This document shows, in pieces, positions 49,401 to 60,230 of a stretch of DNA of 64,000 bases. This DNA is from Selaginella moellendorffii. Taxonomy: Eukaryota; Plantae; Lycopodiophyta. Location: NCBI RefSeq assembly GCF_000143415.4, contig NW_003314299.1, forward strand, positions 976,063 through 1,040,062, read 5' to 3'. The notes beneath the pieces were generated by a model. The model did no database searches. It saw only the letters and a program-made list of their open reading frames with translations, and was not told where the DNA came from. Position 1 is the stretch's first letter. Every line of letters starts with the position of its first letter. The translations under genes and the position numbers were made by a program.

Positions 49401-52106
49401 GATGTCGTTCGCCATGTGTTGGAAAACTGCTAGAGCATTTGTCAAGCCAAATGGCATGACAGTGTACTCGAAGTGGCCATAGCGGGTTCGGAACGCAGTC
49501 TTCCATTCATCACCAGGCCGGATCCGGATCAGGTTGTATGCGCCACGAAGATCAATCTTGGTGAAGAAGCGGGCACCGCCGAGGCGTTCCAACAGGTCCG
49601 AGATCAGGGGCAGCGGATAACGGTTCTGAATAGTCACCTTGTTCAAACCTCGGTAATCAATTACTAGCCGCAAACTCTCATCCTTCTTCTTGACAAAGAA
49701 GACAGGCGCTCTAGCCAGGGACCGCGAATGCTGAATGTACCCCGAGGCAAGGTTCTCATCCACTTACTCTTTGAGGGCCTTAAGCTCGGACGGGGATAAC
49801 CCGTAGATAGGCCCCCACGGAGGTGACGCTCCTTTCTGTAAATCAATGGGACAGTCATAAGGCCAATGAACAGGCAGTACACTAGCTTTTTTCTTGTCAA
49901 ACACATCCCCAAAATCATGATACTTCTCAAGAAGACTAACAAGAAAAACATGCAAAGCAAAAAGGAAAATAGGTTCTTCATGAAGGAGTTCTTTCATAAT
50001 GATTATGGAGATAGGAGGAGGTGTACGACTAAATGGAATGATGAAATGAGGATACTGTCCAGTGTAAGATGGAGGAGAGGAAAAAGAAGAGGGTGAAAAC
50101 TTCATAGAGTCAGGAACAAAACCCTAATTTGAGTTTAGGGAACTTTTCCTGATTCAAACTCGATGAACAGCAGGGGAAGCCATGGGAGATGGTGATGTGG
50201 GAGAGATGAGCTGTAATTCCTTCTAACAAATCTGAGGCTGATGTAGTTGGAACCAAGGAAGACCGAGCACCACAAAGGAGGACTTGTTGTTAATGATGTT
50301 GAAGGCGATATCGGTGACGGTGGACTCAATATGTACTCGAATGGGCAACGTTTCCCTAAGTCCAGAAGATGGAGACACAAAATGCCCGCCGATTGCCTTC
50401 AACCCTCAGATCCCGTATGGTAGGAGAAAAAGGAACGTGATGTCGGGCAACAAAGTCCATGTTCATGAAGCAGGAAGTTGCACCCGAGTCCAGTAGCGCC
50501 AAAGCCTTGAGTCCTAATTGTTTGGTGAAAGAAAGGAGACATGGGACACAGAAGTTGCAGGAATTGGTGGTGGCTTTGATGAAAGGTGGTGAGGAGCTTG
50601 ATAAAGAAGAAAAATGATTTTTATTTAGAGAGTCCAAACAGACAGCTCCTACTCTGTTTAGACAGGGTCGTTTCCCAACTGCAACAGAGGTGGACTTTGA
50701 GGCAGAGTGAACTCGAGCAGTCGGGGAGGCTTCTTGGGACACACAGCTGCTTTGTGATTAGGATCAACACAGTAGAGGCAAAGGTTATGAGATATTCGAC
50801 ATTGCTTCTCAACATGACTCAACTTCCCTCTAATGAGTCAAGGAGTACCAGAAATATCCATCGGGACCGGAGCAGTAGGTTTAGGAGTATGCCCCGAAGA
50901 CTCAAGCTGGGATTCCTGAGTCTGGGACGGAAAAACAGTGGCACGGCGACTTTCCTGACGACGTTCAAAGAGACGATTGTCACATCGAATAGCTTTGTTG
51001 ATGGTGTCCGACAAGTCCTTGGGATCCTCCATGGTGAGCAACAAATCCTTGACACCGTTGTTGAGGCCGAAACAAAATTGGTCAATCAAGGCTCGCTCAT
51101 CCCACTAAGTGTCCAAGGCAAGGAGTTGGAACTCTATAGCATAGATCGAGGTAGGACAAGACCTCTGAGAGAGACGTCTCATCTTTGTGGTAGTAGCCCG
51201 AACCCAATCCGTCGCGCCAAAACATGCTTCGAGCTTCTCTTTGAACAATTGAAGATCCATCAGCTCCGGAACCACAACCCCTTTCATGCTCTTCTCCAGA
51301 AGAGGAGAAAACCATGACAAAGTTGCACCTTCGAGCAACGTCCCAATCGCACCGATTTGAGACTCGGGAGTGGGGTACCGCCAATATTGAAGTGCAAAGA
51401 TCAGCTCCATTTGGTTCAAAAATCTGCGAAGCTCCGAACGCTTGCCTGAAAATTTCACCGGGAAACTCACTTTCGGTTCAGGAACTTTGCTGGATCCTTG
51501 AGCCGAAAGTGAAGCAAGCTCCTGCTGCATGCGAAGAAGGGTCACCTTCAGCTCAGTATTCTCAAACTGGATTTTTGCAAGGACTTCGGCAAAGAAATCA
51601 AGATGGCTTGGAGACTCCATCAGCAAAAAGAAAGAAAAAAAAAGGGGGAAAAAGATAAAGGCAATCAAATAATCAAAATGAGCTAAAGCAAAAGCAAAAA
51701 GCACAATCTGAATCAAATTGTCAGGACCCCCCAACAAAATCAAGACTGGAAAATGCAAAAGACAAAGAGAAAAACTAGTGGAAACAAAGAAGAGGCCTTA
51801 GACTGGCATTGATTCAGATTGTGGAGAAATGAAACAAGGCTAACTTATATATATTATAGGTTGATGAAGGTCCACCACTTTTGGATCGAGGACGGCCTAA
51901 ATATAGCTGAGGTCGAGGAGGCGCCACATCAATATCAGGAATGTGGCTCGAGACTCAGGAATCGTATAGGAAATTAGAGAGTCAAGAATAGGGAAGTGTC
52001 TCGAGAGTCAGGAATAGGGAAGTGTCTCAAGAATCAGGAATGTGGTCTACAGGTCAGAAATCCGGCGAGAGTCAGGAATGTGGCAAGAATTAGGGGATTC
52101 CTAACA
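46451..52106 (-). mobile_element. full-length chromovirus (Ty3/gypsy, Tf1/Tcn1-like), 5656 bp, decayed
   Basis: LTRs 46451-46890 and 51719-52106 (TG..CA), perfect TSD ATTAA, PPT GAGGAGGGGGTGC. Gag at ~50700-51620; protease LLDSGATSCF at ~50480-50510; RT 49000-49900; RNase H-integrase 47388-48962; chromodomain (YYLVD*KGYGPEERTWEP) at ~47010-47180. Stops and frameshifts present. Confidence 0.95.
47388..48962 (-). CDS. gypsy RNase H + integrase portion of pol
   Basis: EADASDFAIGAVL, YEIHDKELLAIV, TDHKNL, CHD..GHFG..CDTC, SMDF, SDRG, QTDGQSER. Confidence 0.9.
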   Translation of the reverse strand: MTHADSSQPFFIEADASDFAIGAVLSQLGADQELHPVAFHSRKFQPAEINYEIHDKELLAIVDSFGEWRRFLEGAGHQTTVWTDHKNLEYFATSQVLSRRQARWAQFLSRFDFVIKYRPGKFQGLPDALSRRSYLSLKPGNPAFDQQDQVILGLNRLQVMAISLAPQDSSLMDAIKNDLQSDDLASDIFPHLQAGHLVTPDCRRFDEFEFLDGLLYHGEQLYVPEGDARRLVLMVCHDSLTAGHFGIVKTYELVAWDFWWLHMNDYIKAFVTSCDTCVRNKVPRHLPLGLLCSLPIPSGPWESISMDFLSDLPSSGGFNNILVVVDHFTKMAHFLPCTKEFSGEEMAKLVFREIFRLHGIPTDVVSDRGPQFISHFWQRFLQLLGVKANLSSAYHLQTDGQSERMIQMLEQFLRCFINYHQDNWFNILPLAEFSYNNSVHSSLQISPFFANSGRNPQFNLSLPSPSESSYSNPRSESFVSNFQEIHNSISFHLHCAQESHKTFANVHRQDCPPYNIGDKVWLLR

Positions 52107-54439
52107 ATTAACACAGATGGAGTGTGCTAGATAGATGAATTGGTTTGTGAGGTAAGATCTTCCCATTCTTAATGCAATGAAAAAGTTCACACAGATTAGG
52201 TCATATTAGCAACTTCTTCAGTTGCAAAGGTTCTGAAAGATTCTCTTTTACTGCAGCTAGGCTACAATAGCTATCCTAATGCTTTTCTTCTCAAGTTCAT
52301 CCATCTAGGGTATGATCAATTAGTGGTGGTGCTACCTCTCACACTTTTGTCCTAAAACATGTGAATCCTTAGAATGGTGAGTTGAGGGAGTTTTCTTGAG
52401 TGGTGGTCATCACTGCCTAGAGTTATTATGGAACAAAGTTTAGCACGAAGGTATGGTGTGATTTGCTGGTAAGGATTCTGGGAATTCTCACTATTCACTA
52501 GTTTTTTTTTCTCACATATGCAGTTTGTCCTTTCCAAGTGCAGTGGTATGAATTTTGTCCGAAAAGAAAAATGCTGGCAATGCAATATCCATCAAACTTG
52601 GTGCTGGATAAAATACATGTATTGTCTCTTTTATTCTCTCTCTCTCCAAGTTTATATCAATTTGTTAACAATAAGAACTCCTAAGTAAAGTTCTATACAC
52701 CCACAAAAGAGATGGGAACTTCTTTACCTCTTTGAGAAGTGAAAGTAAAGACATCATCATGTCAATTGAGTAAAATGGCATCACTTAGATAACAAACTAC
52801 AAAAACAAACATGAGAAAGATTTTGAACCTAAAGATCTCTCTTTGTAAAAGCAAACACAAACATACTATGCAATTCATTTTCTTAGAAAACTCCATCAGC
52901 ACCAACAACAAGATTTTTTATCTGCCCACATTCCTACAGCAATGCCATAGCATAGAGTAGACACTTATCACATTTGTGCCTTCCTTTGCTCTGTTCAATA
53001 ACAAACAAAGATGTCCTATAATCCCATTAGTAGATAAAACATCATCTGAATTTTCCCAGGTACTATGGAAACCAAGGGTGCCTTGGACCTACAACCTGAC
53101 AAGCTAGACAGTAGAGTTTACTATTATAGATTCTTATTCTTAAATTTTATATAAATATACTTTATGGATATAGGTAGCATGGTATAGAGTTTGGTTTTAG
53201 ATCCAAGTCAAACAAAGAACAGAGATAAACATGCCCAATGAGGAGGTAAAACATATCTCAAATTGGTTTCCCACTATCCTTACTATACTTAAATTCAAAG
53301 AGTACAATAGTTGAATTTCTAGCTTTAAGAGGATACATACAAACACCTCTGTATATGCTCATCAGGTTGCTCCATGACCAAAACCAAGAGGCCACCCTAG
53401 CCAACAATAGATTATTGCAGCTCACTAGTTGTCTTGGGTTAGGTAGGTGACACTCATTAAAAATACCCTTCTCATTCATTGCATTAGGCAACTATTCATA
53501 CCAGTGTCAGTGGTTACAAAAGGGTAATATTAATGGTAATGGTAATATTTTCTCTTGATGACTCAGCATGGCTCAGATATTCCTGTGTTAATCTCATAGG
53601 ACTTTGGAAGATTCTGGTGGGATCTTGGCCGATCATTGAGAAACCCAAGAAAATTGTGCTGGAAAATATGTTCTAAAAATACCTTAATTAGCACTTTCTT
53701 GTTGTACTCAAAATAAACTTCTTGCTTAGTCCATAACAACATTGGACCACCTTCTATTCACAACATCTTAGAGCACCAAGAAAACAATGTACAGAAGGCA
53801 TTTAACATGCTTACTTAACCCCTCAATCTTGTTCATCTTAAGCATGGTTAACCTACTTGAAGAACCATACACACACACAGAGAACAAAATTCAAAAGTTC
53901 CTGAAGATGGTGGAACATAGAAAACACAAAATACATTTAGTCTACTATGATTTGAAGTTGTTATCTTTTCATGAGATCTATTTTTTTCTAATTAAAAAAT
54001 CTAGAGAAGTTAACTTTCTAAATGTTCTAAATGTATTCTCATGTTAGTCCACTAGAACTAGTAAAATTCTTGATCACCACAAAGCTTTGTAGTTCACAAA
54101 ATAGAGAACATTAGCTAATTGAGTCAGATATAAGATAAAATCAAAATTTTGCATGAACAGGTTGATCCAATCAGTTGTCTGTAAAGTTTTGGACTTACAT
54201 TAAAAGTTAAAGAAAAAAGAAATACACATTGTCTTGCTAAATTTTGCAATGTAGTTGGTGAAATGGCTTCAAGTGGGTGCCTTGAAGGTTGCATTAGTTG
54301 TTGAGACAGCCAAGTCCTTGGACCAGTCGAGGAGATTAGAGCAAACTGATTAAGAGACGTGCAAGAGTTGTGATTAAGGAGTGGTTACAAAGCCATTCTT
54401 TCTCTAGATAAATACCTCCTCTTTTGCAGAAAGGGTGGC

Positions 54440-54945
54440 TATGACAATGAGATGAGAAAGAGCTGCAAACTCACAGCCAACAACGCTCATGTTTGGTTTT
54501 CAGAAACTCAGTACAAGCTGCAATCAAGGAGTGTTTGGGATGTGGCGACTAGCAATCTCACAGTTCCTAAGGACTGCATCTGTGAAGGAGGTGGAGGAGC
54601 ACAGCAAGGCAGCCTTGGCATATCGTGTTACTGATGCCAAAGCAAGGAGTCTCATCAATCTGGAGCATATCATAGGGAACAAAGTTGGATTACAAGCTCA
54701 AATGGATATCTGGGTGTTTTAAATTGCTTGGCAGCAAGAAAAAACCAATGGTGGCTGTGAAGCAGAATATATGGCCATGGCTGCTGCTACAAAAGAAGGA
54801 AGCTCTTTGGGCTGGAAGGCTTGTTGAGGACCTAAGAGTGACACAGCAAGCACCGACTCAACTTCTCAGCGACAACACAGCTTGTGTCCAGGTAACCCAC
54901 AATCCAGTTCTCTACGGGACAACTAAGCACATTGTGAGTCGGGAT
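54440..54945 (+). pseudogene. Ty1/copia RT-RNase H fragment
   Basis: AEYMAMAAATKEALW..LLSDNTACVQVTHNPV..TKHI across frames. Confidence 0.75.
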
Positions 54946-54949
54946 CACA

Positions 54950-55100
54950 ATGCAAGTGGTCTGAACTGCAATGCCATCTCTGGCGAGCTTCCTACGTTGG
55001 GGTTTTGCAACCTTACTCCAAGGAGAGATCCTGAGTTTATCAAACTTGCAAGTCCTTGATCTGTCCAGGGACAGCTTGAGTGGCACGATTCCCTGGGTGG
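54950..55100 (+). pseudogene. plant LRR fragment
   Basis: LNCNAISGELP and SLDLSRDSLSGTIP are plant extracellular LRR motifs. Confidence 0.5.
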
Positions 55101-55167
55101 ATCTTTCATGAGTGTTTGATCAGCTCAATGTAAATTTATCTTGGCATTTTACCAGCTCTCCTTTGCT

Positions 55168-56850
55168 CTACACTGAATTGTTAGAGAGGAGAACGTATGG
55201 CGATGAGTTACAAGGATCAAGCTTGAGAACCGACGTTCCAGCTCGTCCTCCTCGTGATCTATCCTTGTGGCTGCTACACGCTGATAACAGCGTCATCCAC
55301 GCCACATCGTTGGGCTCCACGGGCATGGCGTAGATCAGCTCCTCGGCATCCCGCGCCCAGATCGCCCGAGAAGATTGATCATGCAGATGAAGTGCAGCAG
55401 CAATGGAGCGCAATCGAAATCACCCATCATCCACGCGAGGTATTTGATCGCCATCTCCAGCGACCCAGCGTGGCTGGATCCAAACAGCACGCACTGGAAC
55501 GTAATATGATCCACGCGCGCGCCATCTTGGATCATGACAGCAAACAGATCGAATGCCTCGACTGGATGCCCGTTCTGGGCATATGCTGCAATCATCGCGT
55601 TCCACGAGACACCACTGGGATTGGTGATCCGATCGAAGAGCGATCGTGAGCGATGGAGCTGGCTGCACTTGGCATACATGCGGAGCAGCGCAGTAGTCAC
55701 GACGACGCTCGCGAATTCCAGCCCATTGGCGGAGAGATCGTCGTGGATGCTCTTTCCCGCGCTGGGCGACGCGAGGGTGGAGCACGAATCAAGCGCGCAA
55801 ACGTATGTGATCTCGTCCGGGTGAACGCCCTCGAGATCCATGAGCCAGAAGAGCTTGAGCGCGGACCCTGGATCGCCGGGCTGGAACGTGCATCGCGTTC
55901 CACGCCGCGAGATCCTCGTCCTGCATCTCATCGAAGATGAGGCACGCGCGATCGATCTGCCCGCTCTGCGCCAGCGCCGCGATCATCGGCGTCCACGAGA
56001 TCACGTCCCTGGCTCATTACCCAGAAGAAACGCTCCATCGCCTGTTGCGCGCGCACGCCGCCACGATCGCGTTCCAGGCCGTCATGTCCCTCTGCGCCAT
56101 CGCCGTGAAGATCGCCATCAGATCGCCGGCCTTGCTGTACATGTCGAGGAGCGTGGTGGCCAGCACGGGATCGTCTAGCGATGATCCCTCGAGAGCACTG
56201 TGATGGATCAGCTTACCAGTAGCAAGATCGCCGCTGGTAGCGCAGGCGCTAAGGATCCCCACGAATGTGATCCCGTCCGGCCTCGCACCCTGGAGATCCA
56301 TGCGCTTGAAGAGATCGATGGCATTACGCATTTGCCCATGCCCTGCATTTGCTGCAATCAAAGCGTTCCAAGACGCCACATCATTCTCAGGAGAATAGAG
56401 GAACAGATCTTCTGCTAGAAGAATCATACCATTCTCTGCGCATGCGATGATCAAAAGATAGTGTATGACACGACGCTTGCTCCGGGGATCCTCGCAAGAA
56501 CAGATCTACCATACAGAAAATCCCCGCCTTGGGCAGTTGCTGTGAGGAGGATTGTTCCATGAGATAAGATCTCTTTTGGGCATTTTGGCGAAGAGATCTC
56601 TCGCGCAGGCCGGTCTCCCCGTAAGCCTGGAGCATCGCATTTAAGGAAACGATCGTCCAGTCGGGGATCTTCGCGAAGCAATGCTCCGCGAGCTCGCACT
56701 GGCGCCGCGCTGCTCCATGTCATCGAAGAGGCCCTCGAATCCTCGAAGCTCCCAGCCTGCGCACACGCCGCCAGGACGATCGTCCACAAGAAGATGTTCG
56801 TGGAGGGCATCCAGGCGAAGATCTCCTTGGCAGTGGCGAGATCGCCACTC
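55168..56850 (-). pseudogene. PLS-E class PPR gene, frameshifted
   Basis: Several PPR motifs plus the E-domain start AEELIYAMPVEPNDVAWMTLLSAC..PCNSSPYVLLSN, distributed over several frames. Confidence 0.85.
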
Positions 56851-57740
56851 TCAGCGAAAGCCTGCGCGATCGAGTTCCATGGGTGTTCGCATATGCCGGG
56901 AGGACCGAGTTCTTCAACGAGGAGTCCCCCGAGGCAGTGCGGAGATTTCTTTGCCCTTATTTGTTTGCACAGAAATTCTCGCTGATGTGCAATCGCAAAA
57001 GCTTTTTTCGCTTTTCATCTCTTTGATTTTACATTCCCTCGATTTTGCAGAAGAATGCATTCGAATGGGAATACGAAGGAATACACCACTCCCCGGATGC
57101 CATTCGAATTACACAGAGCACTGCCAGATTAGATTTGAAACTTTACCATCGTCCCTTCATCTCCATCGACTGTTTGTCTGAGTACCGAGTCAAGCCACTT
57201 GGGAAGACTCCGTGGTCGTCTAACCCAGACGACCCAACTGCGCCACAATAGACCATGCACCCGTCGACTCCACTGGCCGCGAAAAAAAGAAATTTCATGA
57301 TCAAATACGATACCATTGCTGAGATTTGAACCCTTGCCCGGCAGCACAGAAGGAAGACGTCGACTTAGACACGGCACTGAGGACAGCTGCTTTTACTACA
57401 GGACTAAGCCCACGGGACGCGGAAGAATTTTGTTAACTATTGTCATGAGAGGGTAGAATGCTTAGTTTTTGTATTAAAGACATTAAAGAATGTATATACA
57501 CATTTCATTGAATCCTTGCGGCAAAACAGCGACAGAGTGGAGTTGATAAAATTTTCCCTCTATATATTTTATACTAGGGTGGGTGCCAACTCTAATCTTT
57601 GAGCCTCACAGTGAACGTGCAAAACATGTACACAAGATCCTTGTCATGATCGAGCCTTGGTGGTTATGGATCACAACCAAGCAGGCTTTGCATCCCATTA
57701 TATATATTATTAGGTTGTACATATGTTTCTCTCATCAACA

Positions 57741-59157
57741 ATGGCCAGTGTTGTGACCGTGTTGGGGTCTTGGACTGTCAAGCCCGAAACTCCGACTCCA
57801 CAACCCCGGACTCACAAGCTCTCCAATCTCGACTTCCACATCTCCTTTGAGAATTACACCAAGCAAGTCTACTATTTCCCGCCATCTAGCAGGGATGATC
57901 TTGTCGCGAGCTTGAGAACTTCGCTGTCCGGAGTGCTTGTCCCGTTTTATGTCTTGGCAGGGCGGGTGCGCAGGGCGGAAGATGGTCACAAGCTGGAGGT
58001 GGATTGCAACGACGCTGGCGTCTCGTTTGTGGAGGCGAGTGCCCCCGATGCCAGCTTCAGCGATTGGAAAAACATGGCGTTTTGCTCCATCGAGCAGCAT
58101 CTCAATCCTTCGGAAGTGGCCATTACGGATCCAGACACTGCTCCGATCTTCAAAGTTCAGGCAGGTTTCTTGATATCGCAGTTAATTCTTCAATATTTCA
58201 TGGAATTCCTGAATCTAGGTGACGAAGTTCAAGTGTGGTGGGATCGCATTAGGGATCTTAACGGCCGAAGTGGTGCTGGATGGATCCTCATTCTTTGCGT
58301 TTGTGAATGCTTGGTCCGAAATCCACCGAGGCCTGCCGCTTTCGAGGCCTCCGGTATTTGCCTCTAACATTTTCCAGGCCAGGCAGCCCCCAGCGATCAT
58401 TCTGCCAGTCCGCGACTACTACTCCTCTCCGATCTATAACACTCACTCGGCCAAAGCAACCGACGTAACATCCGAGTACGCAGTGAAGATGTTTGAGATG
58501 GATCCTGACCAAGTCGACGATCTTATCCGTGACGTTCACAGTGGTCCGTACAGCTATGGCCGCCCTCCAACCTCGTTCGAGGCAACGAGCGCCATGATCT
58601 GGAAAGCTATCACCGAGGCCAGAGATCTCCAAGACTCGATCATCACAAGCTACGTCTATGCGATCTCTCTCAAGGGCAAGAACCGCTGGAACCCCCCAGT
58701 CCCAGCCTCGTACATTGGCAACAGCATCCACTCGCCATGCCTCACTGCCAAGGCCGGGGACATCAAATCCCGCCATCTCTCCTACGCTGCGAGGCTCTTC
58801 CACGAGGATATCCTAAGCACCACTCAAGAACACATGCAATCCGCCATCGATTGGATGGAGATGGAGCTGGGCAGAGGAAGGAAGATCAATCTAAATGGTG
58901 ATTTTGTGTCGGGGACTGGGATCTACAGCACGAGCTTGCACAGTTTCCCTGTGTACAGCGTTGATTTTGGATGGGGAAAGACTGTACACTACTCTCTGGT
59001 AATGCAGCCGCCGTGGTATGGGAACGGTGTCACGGTGATTCTCCCCAGCCCGAGAGGAGGAAGGCACCGGCGGCTGCTCATCTCGCTACCTGCAATCCAT
59101 ATGAAGAAGCTCGTGAACCATGAATTCTTCCGCAAGTATACTACTCTGGGATCGTAG
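57741..59157 (+). CDS. BAHD acyltransferase family protein (452 aa; exons 57741-58160 and 58219-59157)
   Basis: LSNLD, FY.LAGR, VDCNDAGV.FVEA, QVTKFKCGG, YIGN and DFGWG motifs. The conserved Q-position intron is GC-AG. The HxxxD motif reads EVVLD. An alternative start exists at 57723. Confidence 0.88.
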
Positions 59158-59925
59158 GAAAGATCACTGGTTCATATCTATGGGGTTTGAGAATTGGTGT
59201 TGGTAATTTATTTATTTGTAACCTTATGCAACGAACCAATCAAATATTACTGCAACTGTCGGATCTTTGGACCGGGGCCGGGAGTGAAGTCTTTTGCTTT
59301 TGGCCAATAGGACCATTTAGCAAGAGAAGAAAAAATTGCAACATGTATCTTGGGGTAAATATAGTGTTTTTACGGTGATGAGCTGGGGGAGCAACAGCTC
59401 TCACATGGCAGCTCAAGGGCAATTGCCTGTGAATTATATTAGCCAAAGACATAATTGGCACGATTTTTTATGTTTGCGAATCTCAATAACGTTTGCAGTC
59501 TTTCTCATGCTCAAGTTTTTGCCTTTGAGACTTCTTTAGATCAGTGCCAATTGATATTTATGGTTGCCACATGAAACCCTTATGAAATGAATTCTTGGGT
59601 ACTATCAATTACTTGTGCTATTGAGCATGAACTGGACCAAGAACTTGCCTCCCACAGAATTTGCAAAATGTGTGTATTGGTAAGGTAATTAATTTTTTTT
59701 TATCTTTGTGTTAAATTGTGGAATGAGGGTGGCTTTTCTCTGAGCTGTGGCAAATAGGTCGCCCATGACAATGTGTATGTGTTGGATATGTCCAATACGT
59801 TGCACTACACCACGCACTCTCAGCTTTCCATTTTGCAAAATTTTTCACATTTTGTTTCTTTGGCATAAGTTTAATTTTTTACAAAAGTAATATTAAAAAC
59901 TACAAAGTATTTGGTTCATCTTTTT

Positions 59926-60230
59926 GGTTTGCTTAAGTAAACCTGTGGTAGTGGATATACCTAGAATATATTTGGATATTTTAGGATATTCTACCATCTA
60001 ATGGTTATTTTTCATTTAGATTAATCTTGTATTTATAATTTATAACCATTTATAAACTTTATTAAACCCTTTCTAGTATATTCTTTTTTATTCTACCATC
60101 TAATGGTTGATATGCAATAAGATTAATCGTGTGTTTATAAATTACAAACATGTTTATAATTATAATTTTATTTGATCAATTGGATTAATAAGTAGGAATA
60201 ACACTACTACATGCAACATATAGCAAATTA
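59926..60230. mobile_element. ~300-bp AT-rich MITE-like insertion
   Basis: Absent from the paralogous block at ~5600. Imperfect inverted ends (tttgct..tgtggtagtg / cactactaca..agcaaa). Confidence 0.4.

Noticed and set aside
57310-57380. Third tRNA copy
   Set aside because: Only a T-arm/acceptor-like stretch (GGTTCAAATCTCAGCAATGG on the minus strand) is recognisable; no cloverleaf.
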